64,000 nt of DNA from a virus: the IMG/VR virus record IMGVR_UViG_3300037067_026753, one strand, 5' to 3'. Under the pieces are notes generated by a model. The model saw only the letters and a list, made by a program, of their open reading frames with translations, searched no databases and was not told the DNA's origin. Of the stretch, positions 19,878-29,497 are shown piece after piece. A program made the position numbers and the translations under genes. Position 1 is the first letter of the stretch. Each line of letters begins with the position of its first letter.

Positions 19878-20465
19878 TTAAGCCCAAATTCTTGTAAAAG
19901 GTCGATCAAATAAATGTATTCTTCCTTTTGAATCTTTTCTCGGATTATCTTTATAATAAACATCTTGAAAAGTTCCTGATGTCTGCTTGTAAAGATAATG
20001 AATGAATTTCGCATAAGTATGAGCATTTGCATACCTGCTTGCAGGGTCTCTTATAGTTCTCAACATGGGTCTTACTGTAGACTTAAATGTTGCTTCTGGA
20101 TTTACTGCCTTAGGGTCAAACCAAGCACCCAAATTCATTCCTTGATCAACAAGGTATTTGTCAGCTTCTAATTGAGGTTTCTCCACATCAGCCAAAAGAT
20201 TCCTTTTCCTTGTACGCCATAAATTCAACATGTCATTGTTGAGAGTTAAAGTCATAGGAATTGTGGTTTCATTAATAGTATAGCCGCCTCTAACCGTAGG
20301 GTATTCTCTTTGAAAATTATTGAAAGTATCTTGTTCAGAAACAAATTGTGGAAGCGGCACTCCAGGATACTTTCTTGTAACATCAAACTGATCTCTTTCG
20401 ACATTAGAAAATCTTTGACTTTTTCTTGCTGGATCAGCTATTACAATACCATGTAAAGTTGCCAT
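19878..20465 (-). CDS. Hypothetical protein (195 aa).
   Basis: ORF only. Confidence 0.35.
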   Translation of the reverse strand: MATLHGIVIADPARKSQRFSNVERDQFDVTRKYPGVPLPQFVSEQDTFNNFQREYPTVRGGYTINETTIPMTLTLNNDMLNLWRTRKRNLLADVEKPQLEADKYLVDQGMNLGAWFDPKAVNPEATFKSTVRPMLRTIRDPASRYANAHTYAKFIHYLYKQTSGTFQDVYYKDNPRKDSKGRIHLFDRPFTRIWA

Positions 20466-20526
20466 AATGATATTCCTTTCATTTCAATTTCGAAATTATA
20501 AACATATAACAAAAAATGTCACAACA

Positions 20527-23268
20527 TCAATAATTTATGTTCTCGAAAACTATACTTCTACCTTTTACTATATGATCTACATTTGAATTTTCATGCGAAA
20601 CAAAATCCTCACTTGTATGCAACTCTTCTCTTTCTTTAGGGCTATCTACTGTCGCAACATTCGGGCCACCATGCAGAACATGCTTACTGCTCTTGTCGAT
20701 CCCAGGTTGCATGATCTGATTAGGTAATATCACTTTAAATTTATGCCTTACATCAGTTCCATCAAGAACTTCAACAACAAAATGTTGTTGTGCTCTTACT
20801 CCACCAGGACCTTCTACTGGAGTTATCGGCCCTATCAAACATCTATCACCATTTCTTCGAATTATCATGTCTCTTTGATTGACTATAGGACTTGGTCCTG
20901 TCCATGTTTCGATCTGATATGCTAATTTTAAGCCCCTATCAGTTTGTTGCACTCTTTGTTCTGTTGTCAAGGGACCTATAAGTATTGGGAATGGTCCATC
21001 AAATCCACCAACGAAACCCGAACCAAAACAAATTTCGCAATCTTGATCCGGTTGTTTATGAGTTCTTTCTTTAACATCTCTATAAGTACAAGCACATTTT
21101 ACCCCTGCTTTTTTCTTTAAATAAAGCAAAACACGTTCTCCACCCTGTTCAAGCATCCATGCGTTTCTACGCACACACTCTTCTAAAATATACGTCATCT
21201 TGTCAGGCTGCAAAACCATTGGCGTTAATAAATCTAAATCAGTCTCGTCCTCGCTCGTTACGCACGTTACCTTATAAAAATAGTTCTTCCTTAACCGTAT
21301 ATCAATTGTGTTAGAAGGTACTCTATATGACACGAGCACTATTGAATATTCATTTGGTACAGGTGGCTCGAACCATTGTTTTTTTACTTCATCATATTGT
21401 CTTTTTGTTTCAAGTTCTATCACGCCTTCTAAACCTTGAAGTAAACGTACATAAGCTTGCCGTCCATCAATTGTTACGTTTACGAACTCTGATTTATCCG
21501 TAGGTGTATTTTTACCTGAATCATCTATCACAGGTCGTTGGGACAAATAGATCAAATATTCTTTTTTAGGGTTCAAAGGTTGTATAATAATTGGATTTCC
21601 AGAAACCACAACAAATTCTGAAAATCTAAACTCAATTTGCTTGTCACCTGAGACACCACAAAGTTCTATGTGTAATTCATCAGAATATCTATCAAACACA
21701 CCAAGTTGTATAAAATTCTGAGTCAAATGGTCAAAGAAATATGTTGTAATTATCTCTCCAACTCTTATGATTCTAAATTCTCCTGTTACATCACTAGAAG
21801 GAATTGTAGTTGGTATCTCTTGATTACCATTAACGTATTGAACAGAACTATATACTTCAGATAATCTCGACATTGCTCTAGAAATTTCGACACTATTCTG
21901 TTCGTCTTTTCGAACAATGAATTTGCAAGCTTGTATTCCAATATCGGGTGCAATCCAAGTAGAAAAATCAAACTTTATCTTTATTTCAAAATTTCCTCTA
22001 AGTTTATATTTTGACACAAGTCTTGATGTCTGTTTCAAACCCACACTATCTTTGAAAATCACACCATCATACTGAAACAACATTTCGGCAGGATCTATTT
22101 CATCCCATTTTGCAGCATCAAATATTTCAGTAGAACTAAAATCATCATTCACATCATTACTAATGCTTACAGTTCTTCTAAACTGTTCACTCACATCTTC
22201 ATTTACAATCCGACTATCAAGATTTTTGTCAAGATATTGAGTAATTGCTATAGTGCTAGAATTAAGTTTTTGAAACGGGCCTATTTCTGAATCAGCTCTA
22301 TAGATGTTATATCCAATTACTTGATTATAAACCGGATACATATCGTCCCAACGAATATGTAGTTCACTTTGATTGAAAGGGCAGGACACAAAAACATTTG
22401 TAGGAATATAATTGTTTTTAGCTATTTCAACATTATAGATTTCGGTATGAGTTGTCTCGACATTACCGATTTCATCAATAGCAAAAAATTTTATTGTTGT
22501 TCTTCTATTATCTCTTACTCTTATTGGTGTTGCATAAACCAATGATGCTGTTGTCGGCTCAGTACCATTAATTGTATAGTAGATAATCGCTTTTGGATCG
22601 TCTACAGAAAGTACTATTTCTTGAGAAGTAAAAAATGAACCACCAGAAGGTGCAGCACTTGAAATTGGAGCAATCGAATCTATCTCGTAATTTTCTATTA
22701 TTATTTCGGAATATGAATTGGAAACAAATGCAATTGCTTTTAATGTTGTTGTTCCTTGATTTGTTATAGAGAGTGGAGCGACATAAGTATCGGAATATAA
22801 TGTAGGTGTTGAGCCATCTAAAGTAAAAAAAACTACAGCTGTCACATCTGTCGTAAGTGTTACAGATATAGCAGAATTAAAAAGACGTCCATGAGGAGCA
22901 GCTGTAACTATAGGTGGCTGAATACTTGGATCTGGTATTGTTAAAAACTCGTAATCACTTTCACCTGTTGCTCCATGTAGATCATTAATTTCAACATGAA
23001 CAGAAACAATCTGACTATAATTAAAGTGAGCGATCTGATAAATATTTATGCTGACTGAATTCGGTACAGAATTTTCGTTTATTATTGTACCTTCAAAACC
23101 CGTTTGAAACACGCCATTTACTATTGCAGGAACCGTAGCAATAGAAACATTCAATGTTGCAACATCAACACCATGTATATCTTGTGCTCTTAAAAATATT
23201 GGGACATCTAATTTTGCTCCAATATAACCTTGAGCTGGGCTAAAATCTAAAAAAGTTGGATTAGACAT
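20527..23268 (-). CDS. Large multidomain virion surface protein (913 aa) with repeated chitobiase-C-like Ig domains, an FN3-like domain and a C-terminal Cys cluster.
   Basis: Two or three repeats of the form ..FFTLDGSTPT..Y..P(L/I)..T...TTLKAIAF../..YYTINGTEPT..TTIKFFAI.. fit the CHB_HEX_C-like fold. A later segment ..YNIYRADSEIGPF.. is FN3-like. The C-terminus carries CACTYRDV..CEICFGSG. Confidence 0.45.
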   Translation of the reverse strand: MSNPTFLDFSPAQGYIGAKLDVPIFLRAQDIHGVDVATLNVSIATVPAIVNGVFQTGFEGTIINENSVPNSVSINIYQIAHFNYSQIVSVHVEINDLHGATGESDYEFLTIPDPSIQPPIVTAAPHGRLFNSAISVTLTTDVTAVVFFTLDGSTPTLYSDTYVAPLSITNQGTTTLKAIAFVSNSYSEIIIENYEIDSIAPISSAAPSGGSFFTSQEIVLSVDDPKAIIYYTINGTEPTTASLVYATPIRVRDNRRTTIKFFAIDEIGNVETTHTEIYNVEIAKNNYIPTNVFVSCPFNQSELHIRWDDMYPVYNQVIGYNIYRADSEIGPFQKLNSSTIAITQYLDKNLDSRIVNEDVSEQFRRTVSISNDVNDDFSSTEIFDAAKWDEIDPAEMLFQYDGVIFKDSVGLKQTSRLVSKYKLRGNFEIKIKFDFSTWIAPDIGIQACKFIVRKDEQNSVEISRAMSRLSEVYSSVQYVNGNQEIPTTIPSSDVTGEFRIIRVGEIITTYFFDHLTQNFIQLGVFDRYSDELHIELCGVSGDKQIEFRFSEFVVVSGNPIIIQPLNPKKEYLIYLSQRPVIDDSGKNTPTDKSEFVNVTIDGRQAYVRLLQGLEGVIELETKRQYDEVKKQWFEPPVPNEYSIVLVSYRVPSNTIDIRLRKNYFYKVTCVTSEDETDLDLLTPMVLQPDKMTYILEECVRRNAWMLEQGGERVLLYLKKKAGVKCACTYRDVKERTHKQPDQDCEICFGSGFVGGFDGPFPILIGPLTTEQRVQQTDRGLKLAYQIETWTGPSPIVNQRDMIIRRNGDRCLIGPITPVEGPGGVRAQQHFVVEVLDGTDVRHKFKVILPNQIMQPGIDKSSKHVLHGGPNVATVDSPKEREELHTSEDFVSHENSNVDHIVKGRSIVFENINY

Positions 23269-23653
23269 ATTTTTCTTCTAATTCTTGTATTTCATCAGCA
23301 ACTTTTGCAACTAATTTCTTTGCAATTTCTTTTTTGATTTCTAGCCAATCAATTTTAAAACTATGGTCATCGATATAATAGTCAGCATACACCTTTGACG
23401 AAGTTTGAAAATCTATACTCGGTATATTCTGATTCGCAATATCATAATGGATCTCATTGTCTTTCAAAAAGCTTGTTGCTTGTTTAAACATCTCACCACT
23501 ACGACAAGTCCAAAGAATTATATAGCAACCTTTTTCATGTGCCCATTTCAAAACTTCTTTTGCGTTTGGCATAAGTTCTCTGGGCACATAATCTTTTTCG
23601 TCTTTTATAATTGTGCCGTCAAAATCGATTGCAAGTATGAGTTTCTTCTTCAT
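23261..23653 (-). CDS. Small HAD-superfamily hydrolase-like protein.
   Basis: N-terminal HAD motif I in LILAIDFDGTII (DxDGT), 130 aa. Confidence 0.45.
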   Translation of the reverse strand: MKKKLILAIDFDGTIIKDEKDYVPRELMPNAKEVLKWAHEKGCYIILWTCRSGEMFKQATSFLKDNEIHYDIANQNIPSIDFQTSSKVYADYYIDDHSFKIDWLEIKKEIAKKLVAKVADEIQELEEKYV

Positions 23654-23904
23654 AATTTCACAAATTCAGAAATAATAAGTTCAGCTTTGACTTTTGATTT
23701 TGCTGCAGCTAATGCGTTGCGAATATAATTGATTTTTCCGTCGTACAAATCATTTATTTCTTCAAGAACTTTTTTATATTTGCTCATGTCAAAAAAAGCA
23801 TAAGACTTAGGGTTGTGTAAATTCACTTTGTCTGTCAATTCCAAAAATTTCTTTTTTTGACTTTCAGAAAGCGACTCTGCAATATCCATGATTTCTATCT
23901 TCAT
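23650..23904 (-). CDS. Small hypothetical protein (the table lists 23650..23985; a start at 23904 is preferred).
   Basis: An ATG at 23902..23904 is preceded by a strong AAGGAG RBS. The longer form would overlap the upstream gene. Confidence 0.35.
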   Translation of the reverse strand: MKIEIMDIAESLSESQKKKFLELTDKVNLHNPKSYAFFDMSKYKKVLEEINDLYDGKINYIRNALAAAKSKVKAELIISEFVKL

Positions 23905-23914
23905 GTTTTCTCCT

Positions 23915-24895
23915 TTACAGCACTTTACATAACAAAGGCAAAACAATATTATCAAATTCATTAAAACATAAAAACTTATCTTCAATAAAATGTTTAGAAA
24001 CTGGTTTTAAAATTAAAAAATCTATGTCTTTTTTCATTCCTAATTTTTCATATATAGACAGTTTTCCATACCAATCAATATCATCCTCTCGATCTAACCC
24101 ATCAATTTCAATATGTTTTGAAAACTCTGGTAAAAAGAAATCAGAATGTCTATATGTGTGTGTCAATCTAGGATGAGGAATGTGCTTTATATTTTTCTCT
24201 AATAACCATTCATCGAAATCTTGCTCATGTAATGATGTATATCTATGACCATCAGTGCAAAGCCCTTGGTAACCAAATTTATGTATTCTGATATTTGCAT
24301 AGGGCTCTACATGAGTACAATTTTTACAATATAATGGGTTCCAGAATCTTTCTTTTGTAGCTTCATATTTATCACCACATTTTATACACGTCTTAATATA
24401 CTTACCATCTATATAACAACTCTTTTTAAATTCTTGCATTTTATCGCGACAATCAGCGCATACTATTGTTCTGTGTTTTTGTAACACATTAGGCGTATGT
24501 CGTTTGCAAATTTGACAATAATCTGTCTTTATCTCGTTAATAATTTTTAATTTTGCTTGTTTTTTTATTTCTTTCTTATGCTCTCTGCATTCTTCACAAT
24601 AAATTACAGTCGCTCTTGGCACTGTTGTAGTTACTTCAATTCCACAATCAGGACAAATTCGAACCCAAGATTTTTTCTTCTTCTTATCTGCTCTATCTTT
24701 TCTTCTCTTTTTTACGCAATCAAAACAGAAAAAACCCTTATAAGAAATTTCTTTACCAATCAACTTATATGTATTGCACTGGCCACATTTTCTATATGTC
24801 ATGCAAAAATCACAATCTCTATTATTTAATGTAAAAAATGATAAATCAAGTGATTTATGACATTTTTTACATTTTCTTGTAGTTTTCAAACTCAT
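23915..24895 (-). CDS. Cys-rich protein with about five CxxC-CxxC zinc ribbons and a C-terminal Vsr/PD-(D/E)xK-like endonuclease domain; a putative freestanding nuclease.
   Basis: Ten CxxC pairs (CKKC, CDFC, CGQC, CFDC, CPDC, CEEC, CQIC, CADC, CIKC, CKNC). The C-terminus HSDFFLPEFSKHIEIDG matches the DF....IEvDG pattern of Vsr/DUF559-like nucleases. Confidence 0.35.
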   Translation of the reverse strand: MSLKTTRKCKKCHKSLDLSFFTLNNRDCDFCMTYRKCGQCNTYKLIGKEISYKGFFCFDCVKKRRKDRADKKKKKSWVRICPDCGIEVTTTVPRATVIYCEECREHKKEIKKQAKLKIINEIKTDYCQICKRHTPNVLQKHRTIVCADCRDKMQEFKKSCYIDGKYIKTCIKCGDKYEATKERFWNPLYCKNCTHVEPYANIRIHKFGYQGLCTDGHRYTSLHEQDFDEWLLEKNIKHIPHPRLTHTYRHSDFFLPEFSKHIEIDGLDREDDIDWYGKLSIYEKLGMKKDIDFLILKPVSKHFIEDKFLCFNEFDNIVLPLLCKVL

Positions 24896-25794
24896 TGTCC
24901 AAAACCCTTACCCGCTTGAGTACCAAAACCAAGTACCCATTTCTTAACGCTCATTCTACCTGCGCACCAGGGTCCGAAAAAGCCGCCATAACTCATCGTA
25001 TATCTGGATTGTCTTAGTCCAATTGTGTAATGCAGTCTTCTTTTTGCTTCAGTTAATTGCGTATCTACTTGAGTCTGTATTCCTTGTGCTGCATTCAAAT
25101 ACTTATCGCTTCTTGTCAGATCGAATGAATAACCGTTAAGATTGTAAGCAAATTCTTCATTTACCCACAAAATTGCTAAATCCATAAGAGCATAAGACAT
25201 AGCCTGTAATAGAAGCAATGGTTGCCAGGGAGCAGGAACAGCTACAAGATCATATGCAGTATCTGGCGGTATCAAATTGATGTAATTGCATGCTTGAACT
25301 AAATGCATATAAAGAGAATCATCAGTCCAACGATAACCTCTTGTCCTTGTAAAACCAGCTATAGTTGCTTCTTTTTCTGGAGGTACGAAGTGATAATCCC
25401 GGTCAGGGTTACTGTCTCTCAATTTATTTCGCAAATGTTGAATCAAATACATAATTTCAGGTGGATAAACAATTCCTACACCTGCACACAAAGGAATTAT
25501 TTGAAACTCTTCAACATCTTCCTTTATTTGAGATGTCGCAGAATCTCTATATTTCCATCTTATCTTATGGACACCAAGAGGCTCATCATCAGGTATTGTC
25601 CAAGAAGCAAAATAACTACCCGTGCTAAATTTCAAAGGTGTTCTATCTGGCAAACCAATTATTTCATCTGTACCTGAAGTAGAATCATATAAGGTATATG
25701 TGACAAAATAAGGATCAGAAAGATTACTATTCACATAAAAATAGATATTCAAATCACTTTTAGTAAGTGTCTGTCCTTGTTTTAAAGCTCCCAT
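24892..25794 (-). CDS. Hypothetical protein, member of a three-gene paralogous family.
   Basis: The N-terminus (..KQGQTLTKSDLNIYFYV...YFVTYTLYD..) is homologous to the N-termini of 26072..26500 and 26721..27083. Confidence 0.4.
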   Translation of the reverse strand: MGALKQGQTLTKSDLNIYFYVNSNLSDPYFVTYTLYDSTSGTDEIIGLPDRTPLKFSTGSYFASWTIPDDEPLGVHKIRWKYRDSATSQIKEDVEEFQIIPLCAGVGIVYPPEIMYLIQHLRNKLRDSNPDRDYHFVPPEKEATIAGFTRTRGYRWTDDSLYMHLVQACNYINLIPPDTAYDLVAVPAPWQPLLLLQAMSYALMDLAILWVNEEFAYNLNGYSFDLTRSDKYLNAAQGIQTQVDTQLTEAKRRLHYTIGLRQSRYTMSYGGFFGPWCAGRMSVKKWVLGFGTQAGKGFGQ

Positions 25795-26000
25795 TAATCG
25801 CTTTCTCCTTTACCACCAACGAGTTTCCGCAACTCATTCTTTGCTTCATCAAATGTCTTGTATCTACCAATTTCTTCTTTTTCTTCAGATTCTTTATTCT
25901 TCTTTATCATTATCCACTCGACTGGTGCAACCATTAAAATCTGTTCTTCATCTTCAAATCTTATAAAATCTGGCTTTTCTTGATAAAGCACTCGTTCCAT
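25794..26000 (-). CDS. Small acidic hypothetical protein.
   Basis: A 68-aa ORF whose stop overlaps the downstream start (ATGA). Confidence 0.3.
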   Translation of the reverse strand: MERVLYQEKPDFIRFEDEEQILMVAPVEWIMIKKNKESEEKEEIGRYKTFDEAKNELRKLVGGKGESD

Positions 26001-26071
26001 AAAAATCTCCCCAAGTTGTTGTTGCTTTGCTAGTAGGGTTTAATCTTTTATACATCTTGAGAAGATTAATC

Positions 26072-26500
26072 TTAACCTGCACACAACGTACTGTTACCCC
26101 ATTGTTGATGAGGTAATTTTCCTCCTGACCCATCATTAACTGCTGAATAATTCATTCGATCTATTCTGTTCACAATTTCAAAATCTTCAATATATTCGGT
26201 TAAAGAAGAATCAGAGAATCTCGCTATATTCCATTTTATTCTATAACTTCCTACACCAAGATCATGCGCTTGTTCCCAAGCAGCAAAAAACTTCCCAATA
26301 CCAAAAGGTAATGGCAACAAATCAATAGTTTCCAAAATTGGTTCTTCACCACATTCTTGATTTCTGAATTGATCTGAAATTACTCTATAAATAGTATAAG
26401 TAATCGAAAAAGGATTGAAATAAACTCCATCTTGATCTTGAATAAAAATGTTCAAATCATCTTTTGTCAAATTCTGCCCTTTATAAATTACAACAGGCAT
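26072..26500 (-). CDS. Hypothetical protein, paralog of 24892..25794.
   Basis: The N-terminus (..KGQNLTKDDLNIFIQD...FSITYTIYR..) is shared with the other family members. Confidence 0.4.
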   Translation of the reverse strand: MPVVIYKGQNLTKDDLNIFIQDQDGVYFNPFSITYTIYRVISDQFRNQECGEEPILETIDLLPLPFGIGKFFAAWEQAHDLGVGSYRIKWNIARFSDSSLTEYIEDFEIVNRIDRMNYSAVNDGSGGKLPHQQWGNSTLCAG

Positions 26501-26720
26501 TACTTTCCACCTTCATTGATTTTAATTATCAGACAATCTCGACACAAATGCTTTGTCGGTTCTTCTACAACTATAAATTGCACAACTTTAGTGTTGCACT
26601 CTACACATTTCTCTTTTTCATTGTACACATTTAAAAAACTCATAATGCTACTCCCACTCAATACAACACAAGCCTACTTTATCAGTAAGCTTGTACATAT
26701 AAAAAGTATAGAAAAATGAA

Positions 26721-27083
26721 TTACGGTTTTGTGAATTTAACTACCATTCCCCCATTCGAACCTGGAAAATATGTCTCTGTCAACACTCTATAAAAATCTT
26801 CTAAAACAAGATTTGTCAAATTTATCGGATGTGTTCCTGTTGCTCTAACAAAATATGTTTCATTTTCTAAAGCGGTACCAGGTATCTCCCAAGAACAAAC
26901 ATATTCACCTGTTCTACCAGCAAGTTTATCTAAAACCGTAGTTGCAACGACAATATTCTCAGTTGGACCGGCATAATAGACAATAGAATATTGAGCATTA
27001 TCTACATCTATTGCTTCTCCTGTAAGTATATCTCTAAAGATAAATTTAGAAACTGCTATCTCATTTCTCTTGAAAAAACGCAT
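26721..27083 (-). CDS. Hypothetical protein, a more distant paralog of the same family.
   Basis: Similar N-terminal pattern (..VSKFIFRDI.....YSIVYYAG..). Confidence 0.3.
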   Translation of the reverse strand: MRFFKRNEIAVSKFIFRDILTGEAIDVDNAQYSIVYYAGPTENIVVATTVLDKLAGRTGEYVCSWEIPGTALENETYFVRATGTHPINLTNLVLEDFYRVLTETYFPGSNGGMVVKFTKP

Positions 27084-27092
27084 ATTTACTCC

Positions 27093-27296
27093 TTACATTG
27101 ACTTATAATCATCATGAAGATGCAAATATCTGAATTGTCTAATATCTTGTGAGCGCATCGATTTGCATTCAGGACAATCACAAGTATCAGGATCTACATA
27201 CTTCTGTTGCTCTTCACACCAACACAACCCATTAGGGCCGAACCATGTGCGATCTAATATCTCGTCAGCTATCTCTGATATTTTTTTCTTATTCAT
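27093..27296 (-). CDS. Small Cys-rich protein, tandem paralog A.
   Basis: The motif GPNGLCWCEEQQKYVDPDTCDCPEC. The next gene is near-identical in layout. Confidence 0.35.
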   Translation of the reverse strand: MNKKKISEIADEILDRTWFGPNGLCWCEEQQKYVDPDTCDCPECKSMRSQDIRQFRYLHLHDDYKSM

Positions 27297-27299
27297 AAG

Positions 27300-27500
27300 T
27301 CACCACGTAATATCTTTGCGTCGAACATATGAAGGAGGTCTATTACTTGTAGAACCTTCATCTAAAGGCTCACAACCAGAACATCCTTCACCCTCTTCTT
27401 CTGTTAAATATTGTTGCTGTTCTTCGCACCAACACAAACCAGAAGGACCATCCCAATCCAATATCTCATTTGCAATTCGAATAACATTTTGACTATACAT
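27300..27500 (-). CDS. Small Cys-rich protein, tandem paralog B.
   Basis: The motif GPSGLCWCEEQQQYLTEEEGEGCSGCE, matching 27093..27296. Confidence 0.35.
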   Translation of the reverse strand: MYSQNVIRIANEILDWDGPSGLCWCEEQQQYLTEEEGEGCSGCEPLDEGSTSNRPPSYVRRKDITW

Positions 27501-27537
27501 GAAGTAAGAAGAGCCATAAAAACTTTAGAAAACAAGT

Positions 27538-28185
27538 TTATAGCTTTTCAAATTCGACTTTTTGTTCTGTTTTGAACTTATATTTGACAGGAACTACACC
27601 GAGCTTGTAGAGTTCTTTTAAAACAAAAACATCAAAATTATTAGCAATAACTATTCCAACAACAAAATCATAAATTCTATTTATCAAACCTAACTTAAAA
27701 TGTATGACATATTTATTAATCTGTCCAACAACATCATGAAATGCGCCATTTTTCTTGACTTCAATAGGATATACAGTCTTTTTGTCTTGAGCTACTAAAT
27801 CAACTCTCCCATATCTAGTTTCCATTTCGGTAATAATACAATTAAAATCCGATTCAGCTCCAAGACAAATTCTTAAATCATCTTGAGACAACATGATAGC
27901 TTTCACAAGATCATCCTGCTTTGAAAAAACTGTTTCATCTTCTTGTCGTAAAACAACAACAGATTTGTCTTCTACAAGATTTGACAAAACTAAATTCTTA
28001 TCAATAGCATTTCCAATTTCTTTAAGATGTTCCCAACGATGATCTTTTTTTAGCGGATCAAAAGATTTCTCATTACTATCAAACTCTTCTCTTAAAAAAC
28101 TCAAATACATTTTAGCATTACTTGAGTCACCTAACAACATATAGTTGTAAGTTTGATAATAAAGAGTTTCTGCTAAAGTCGTCAT
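27538..28185 (-). CDS. Putative PD-(D/E)xK-fold nuclease.
   Basis: The E...D...(I/V)E(V)K core in ITEMETRYGRVDLVAQDKKTVYPIEVKKNGAFHDVVGQINKY resembles Hjc/NucS-type active sites. Confidence 0.35.
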   Translation of the reverse strand: MTTLAETLYYQTYNYMLLGDSSNAKMYLSFLREEFDSNEKSFDPLKKDHRWEHLKEIGNAIDKNLVLSNLVEDKSVVVLRQEDETVFSKQDDLVKAIMLSQDDLRICLGAESDFNCIITEMETRYGRVDLVAQDKKTVYPIEVKKNGAFHDVVGQINKYVIHFKLGLINRIYDFVVGIVIANNFDVFVLKELYKLGVVPVKYKFKTEQKVEFEKL

Positions 28186-28451
28186 TGAATTCTTTCAAGA
28201 ATCAAAGGCTCTGTTTCGATTTCGTCTTTTTCTACAAATTTTTCTGTCTTAGGATCCCTAATTTTTATTTTTTTAATCTGTGTAACTCCATTTACTTTTC
28301 TATTAACTTGTATATTTATATGAGCAAAAACATCATTTCCATCAGCAGAAAATTCTAATCTTTGAACACCACCGATTTGTACATCATCTATGAAAACCAA
28401 AGTTCGCATCGATGTGCCATCTGTTTCAATTCTAATCTTATTGTATTTCAT
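28182..28451 (-). CDS. Small hypothetical protein.
   Basis: An 89-aa ORF. Confidence 0.3.
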   Translation of the reverse strand: MKYNKIRIETDGTSMRTLVFIDDVQIGGVQRLEFSADGNDVFAHINIQVNRKVNGVTQIKKIKIRDPKTEKFVEKDEIETEPLILERIQ

Positions 28452-28460
28452 TTCTTCTCC

Positions 28461-28967
28461 TTATGTTGCAAAGACTTTTGAAAATTTCTTGACGACATTA
28501 ATTCTAACCAATGGTCGAATAATATGATCACTCAATGAATTATCAAGAACTATTTTGACTCCCATTACAGAACCAACAATTTTACCAATCTGTTTTTCTT
28601 CATCTGTTAAATTTCTAGGGATGTGATCTACTTCATAACTGTAGTATATTCTAAGAAGATTTTTTGTGTTCTTGTTCATAGTTATGCAAAGGATTTCTTC
28701 ACCAGTATCTTTTATTTCTTTAAACATGTTTTGTAGTTGCTTGATCACATGACTTTGTATATCAGATTTAACAATTCTACCAGAAGTTCGAGTTGTACGT
28801 TGTAATCCGTCATGTCTATCAGAAATAATATCTCTAGAATTTAAGTCTTCTTGTTCGATAAAATAAAATTCAAAAGTCTTCCTAAAGTCTTTATAAAACA
28901 ACACATTACTTAATGTAGACTTTTGAGTTTCCAGATGATCTTTTATTACAAAATCAAATTTGTTCAT
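28461..28967 (-). CDS. Hypothetical protein (168 aa).
   Basis: ORF only. Confidence 0.3.
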   Translation of the reverse strand: MNKFDFVIKDHLETQKSTLSNVLFYKDFRKTFEFYFIEQEDLNSRDIISDRHDGLQRTTRTSGRIVKSDIQSHVIKQLQNMFKEIKDTGEEILCITMNKNTKNLLRIYYSYEVDHIPRNLTDEEKQIGKIVGSVMGVKIVLDNSLSDHIIRPLVRINVVKKFSKVFAT

Positions 28968-29190
28968 TTTTGGGTTTGGGAGCTAAACGTACTAAATAAA
29001 GTCGAGAATCATCGACGTCTTCTGCTGTTTTTTTTAAAACACCATGATAGGTCAACAATTCTGGGTCATTATTTTTTGCTTCATTTCTTGCTGTTTTAAG
29101 ATCTGCAAAAGGACCTGAATAAGTTCCATCAAGTGCTTTTACGAAAAAGCCACGCTGCTGTTCTACTTCATTCATTCTTTGTCCTTTCAA
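28954..29190 (-). CDS. Small hypothetical protein.
   Basis: A 78-aa ORF. Confidence 0.3.
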   Translation of the reverse strand: MKGQRMNEVEQQRGFFVKALDGTYSGPFADLKTARNEAKNNDPELLTYHGVLKKTAEDVDDSRLYLVRLAPKPKNEQI

Positions 29191-29365
29191 ACATTTGTTG
29201 TTGCATTTCTTTTATTTGCCTTCCAGTATAAACTCTATGTGCTCCACGAGTTCTACCTGCTATAAAGTAATTTTCTCTATCCCAAGCTCTCAATGTCGAT
29301 CTACTAACACATAATAAAATAGCCGCTTCCTTCAATTTATAAATCTTGTTCTCATCAATGTCCAT
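29168..29365 (-). CDS. MerR/excisionase-type helix-turn-helix DNA-binding protein.
   Basis: KLKEAAILLCVSRSTLRAWDREN...HRVY is a typical MerR-like or Xis-like HTH. The protein is 65 aa. Confidence 0.45.
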   Translation of the reverse strand: MDIDENKIYKLKEAAILLCVSRSTLRAWDRENYFIAGRTRGAHRVYTGRQIKEMQQQMFERTKNE

Positions 29366-29420
29366 ATTTATCGATTTCTTATAAACATACTAGAAATTAG
29401 CAGAAATTCACATTTATAAA

Positions 29421-29448
29421 AACAAAAAAGCCCAAGTCTTCCTTGGGC
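29421..29448 (-). terminator. Rho-independent terminator read on the minus strand.
   Basis: Stem GCCCAAG/CTTGGGC (29430..29436 and 29442..29448) with loop TCTTC is followed on the minus strand by a T-run (TTTTTTGTT, 29421..29429). It lies 50 bp downstream of the gene ending at 29498. Confidence 0.6.
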
Positions 29449-29497
29449 TAGAGTGCTTGAGTCGAAAAGACTCTATAACATCCCTCAATGAGTATAC

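Noticed and set aside
26001-26073. AT-rich palindromes (aagattaatctt; atctt-gag-aagat) downstream of 26072..26500.
   Set aside because: They are short, lack G/C, and have no following T-run, so they are not convincing terminators or operators.
25954-26136. A 60-aa minus-strand ORF overlapping the end of 26072..26500, plus various 60-to-110-aa plus-strand ORFs in the 23..32 kb region.
   Set aside because: They are overlapped by longer ORFs with better start contexts and have no RBS.
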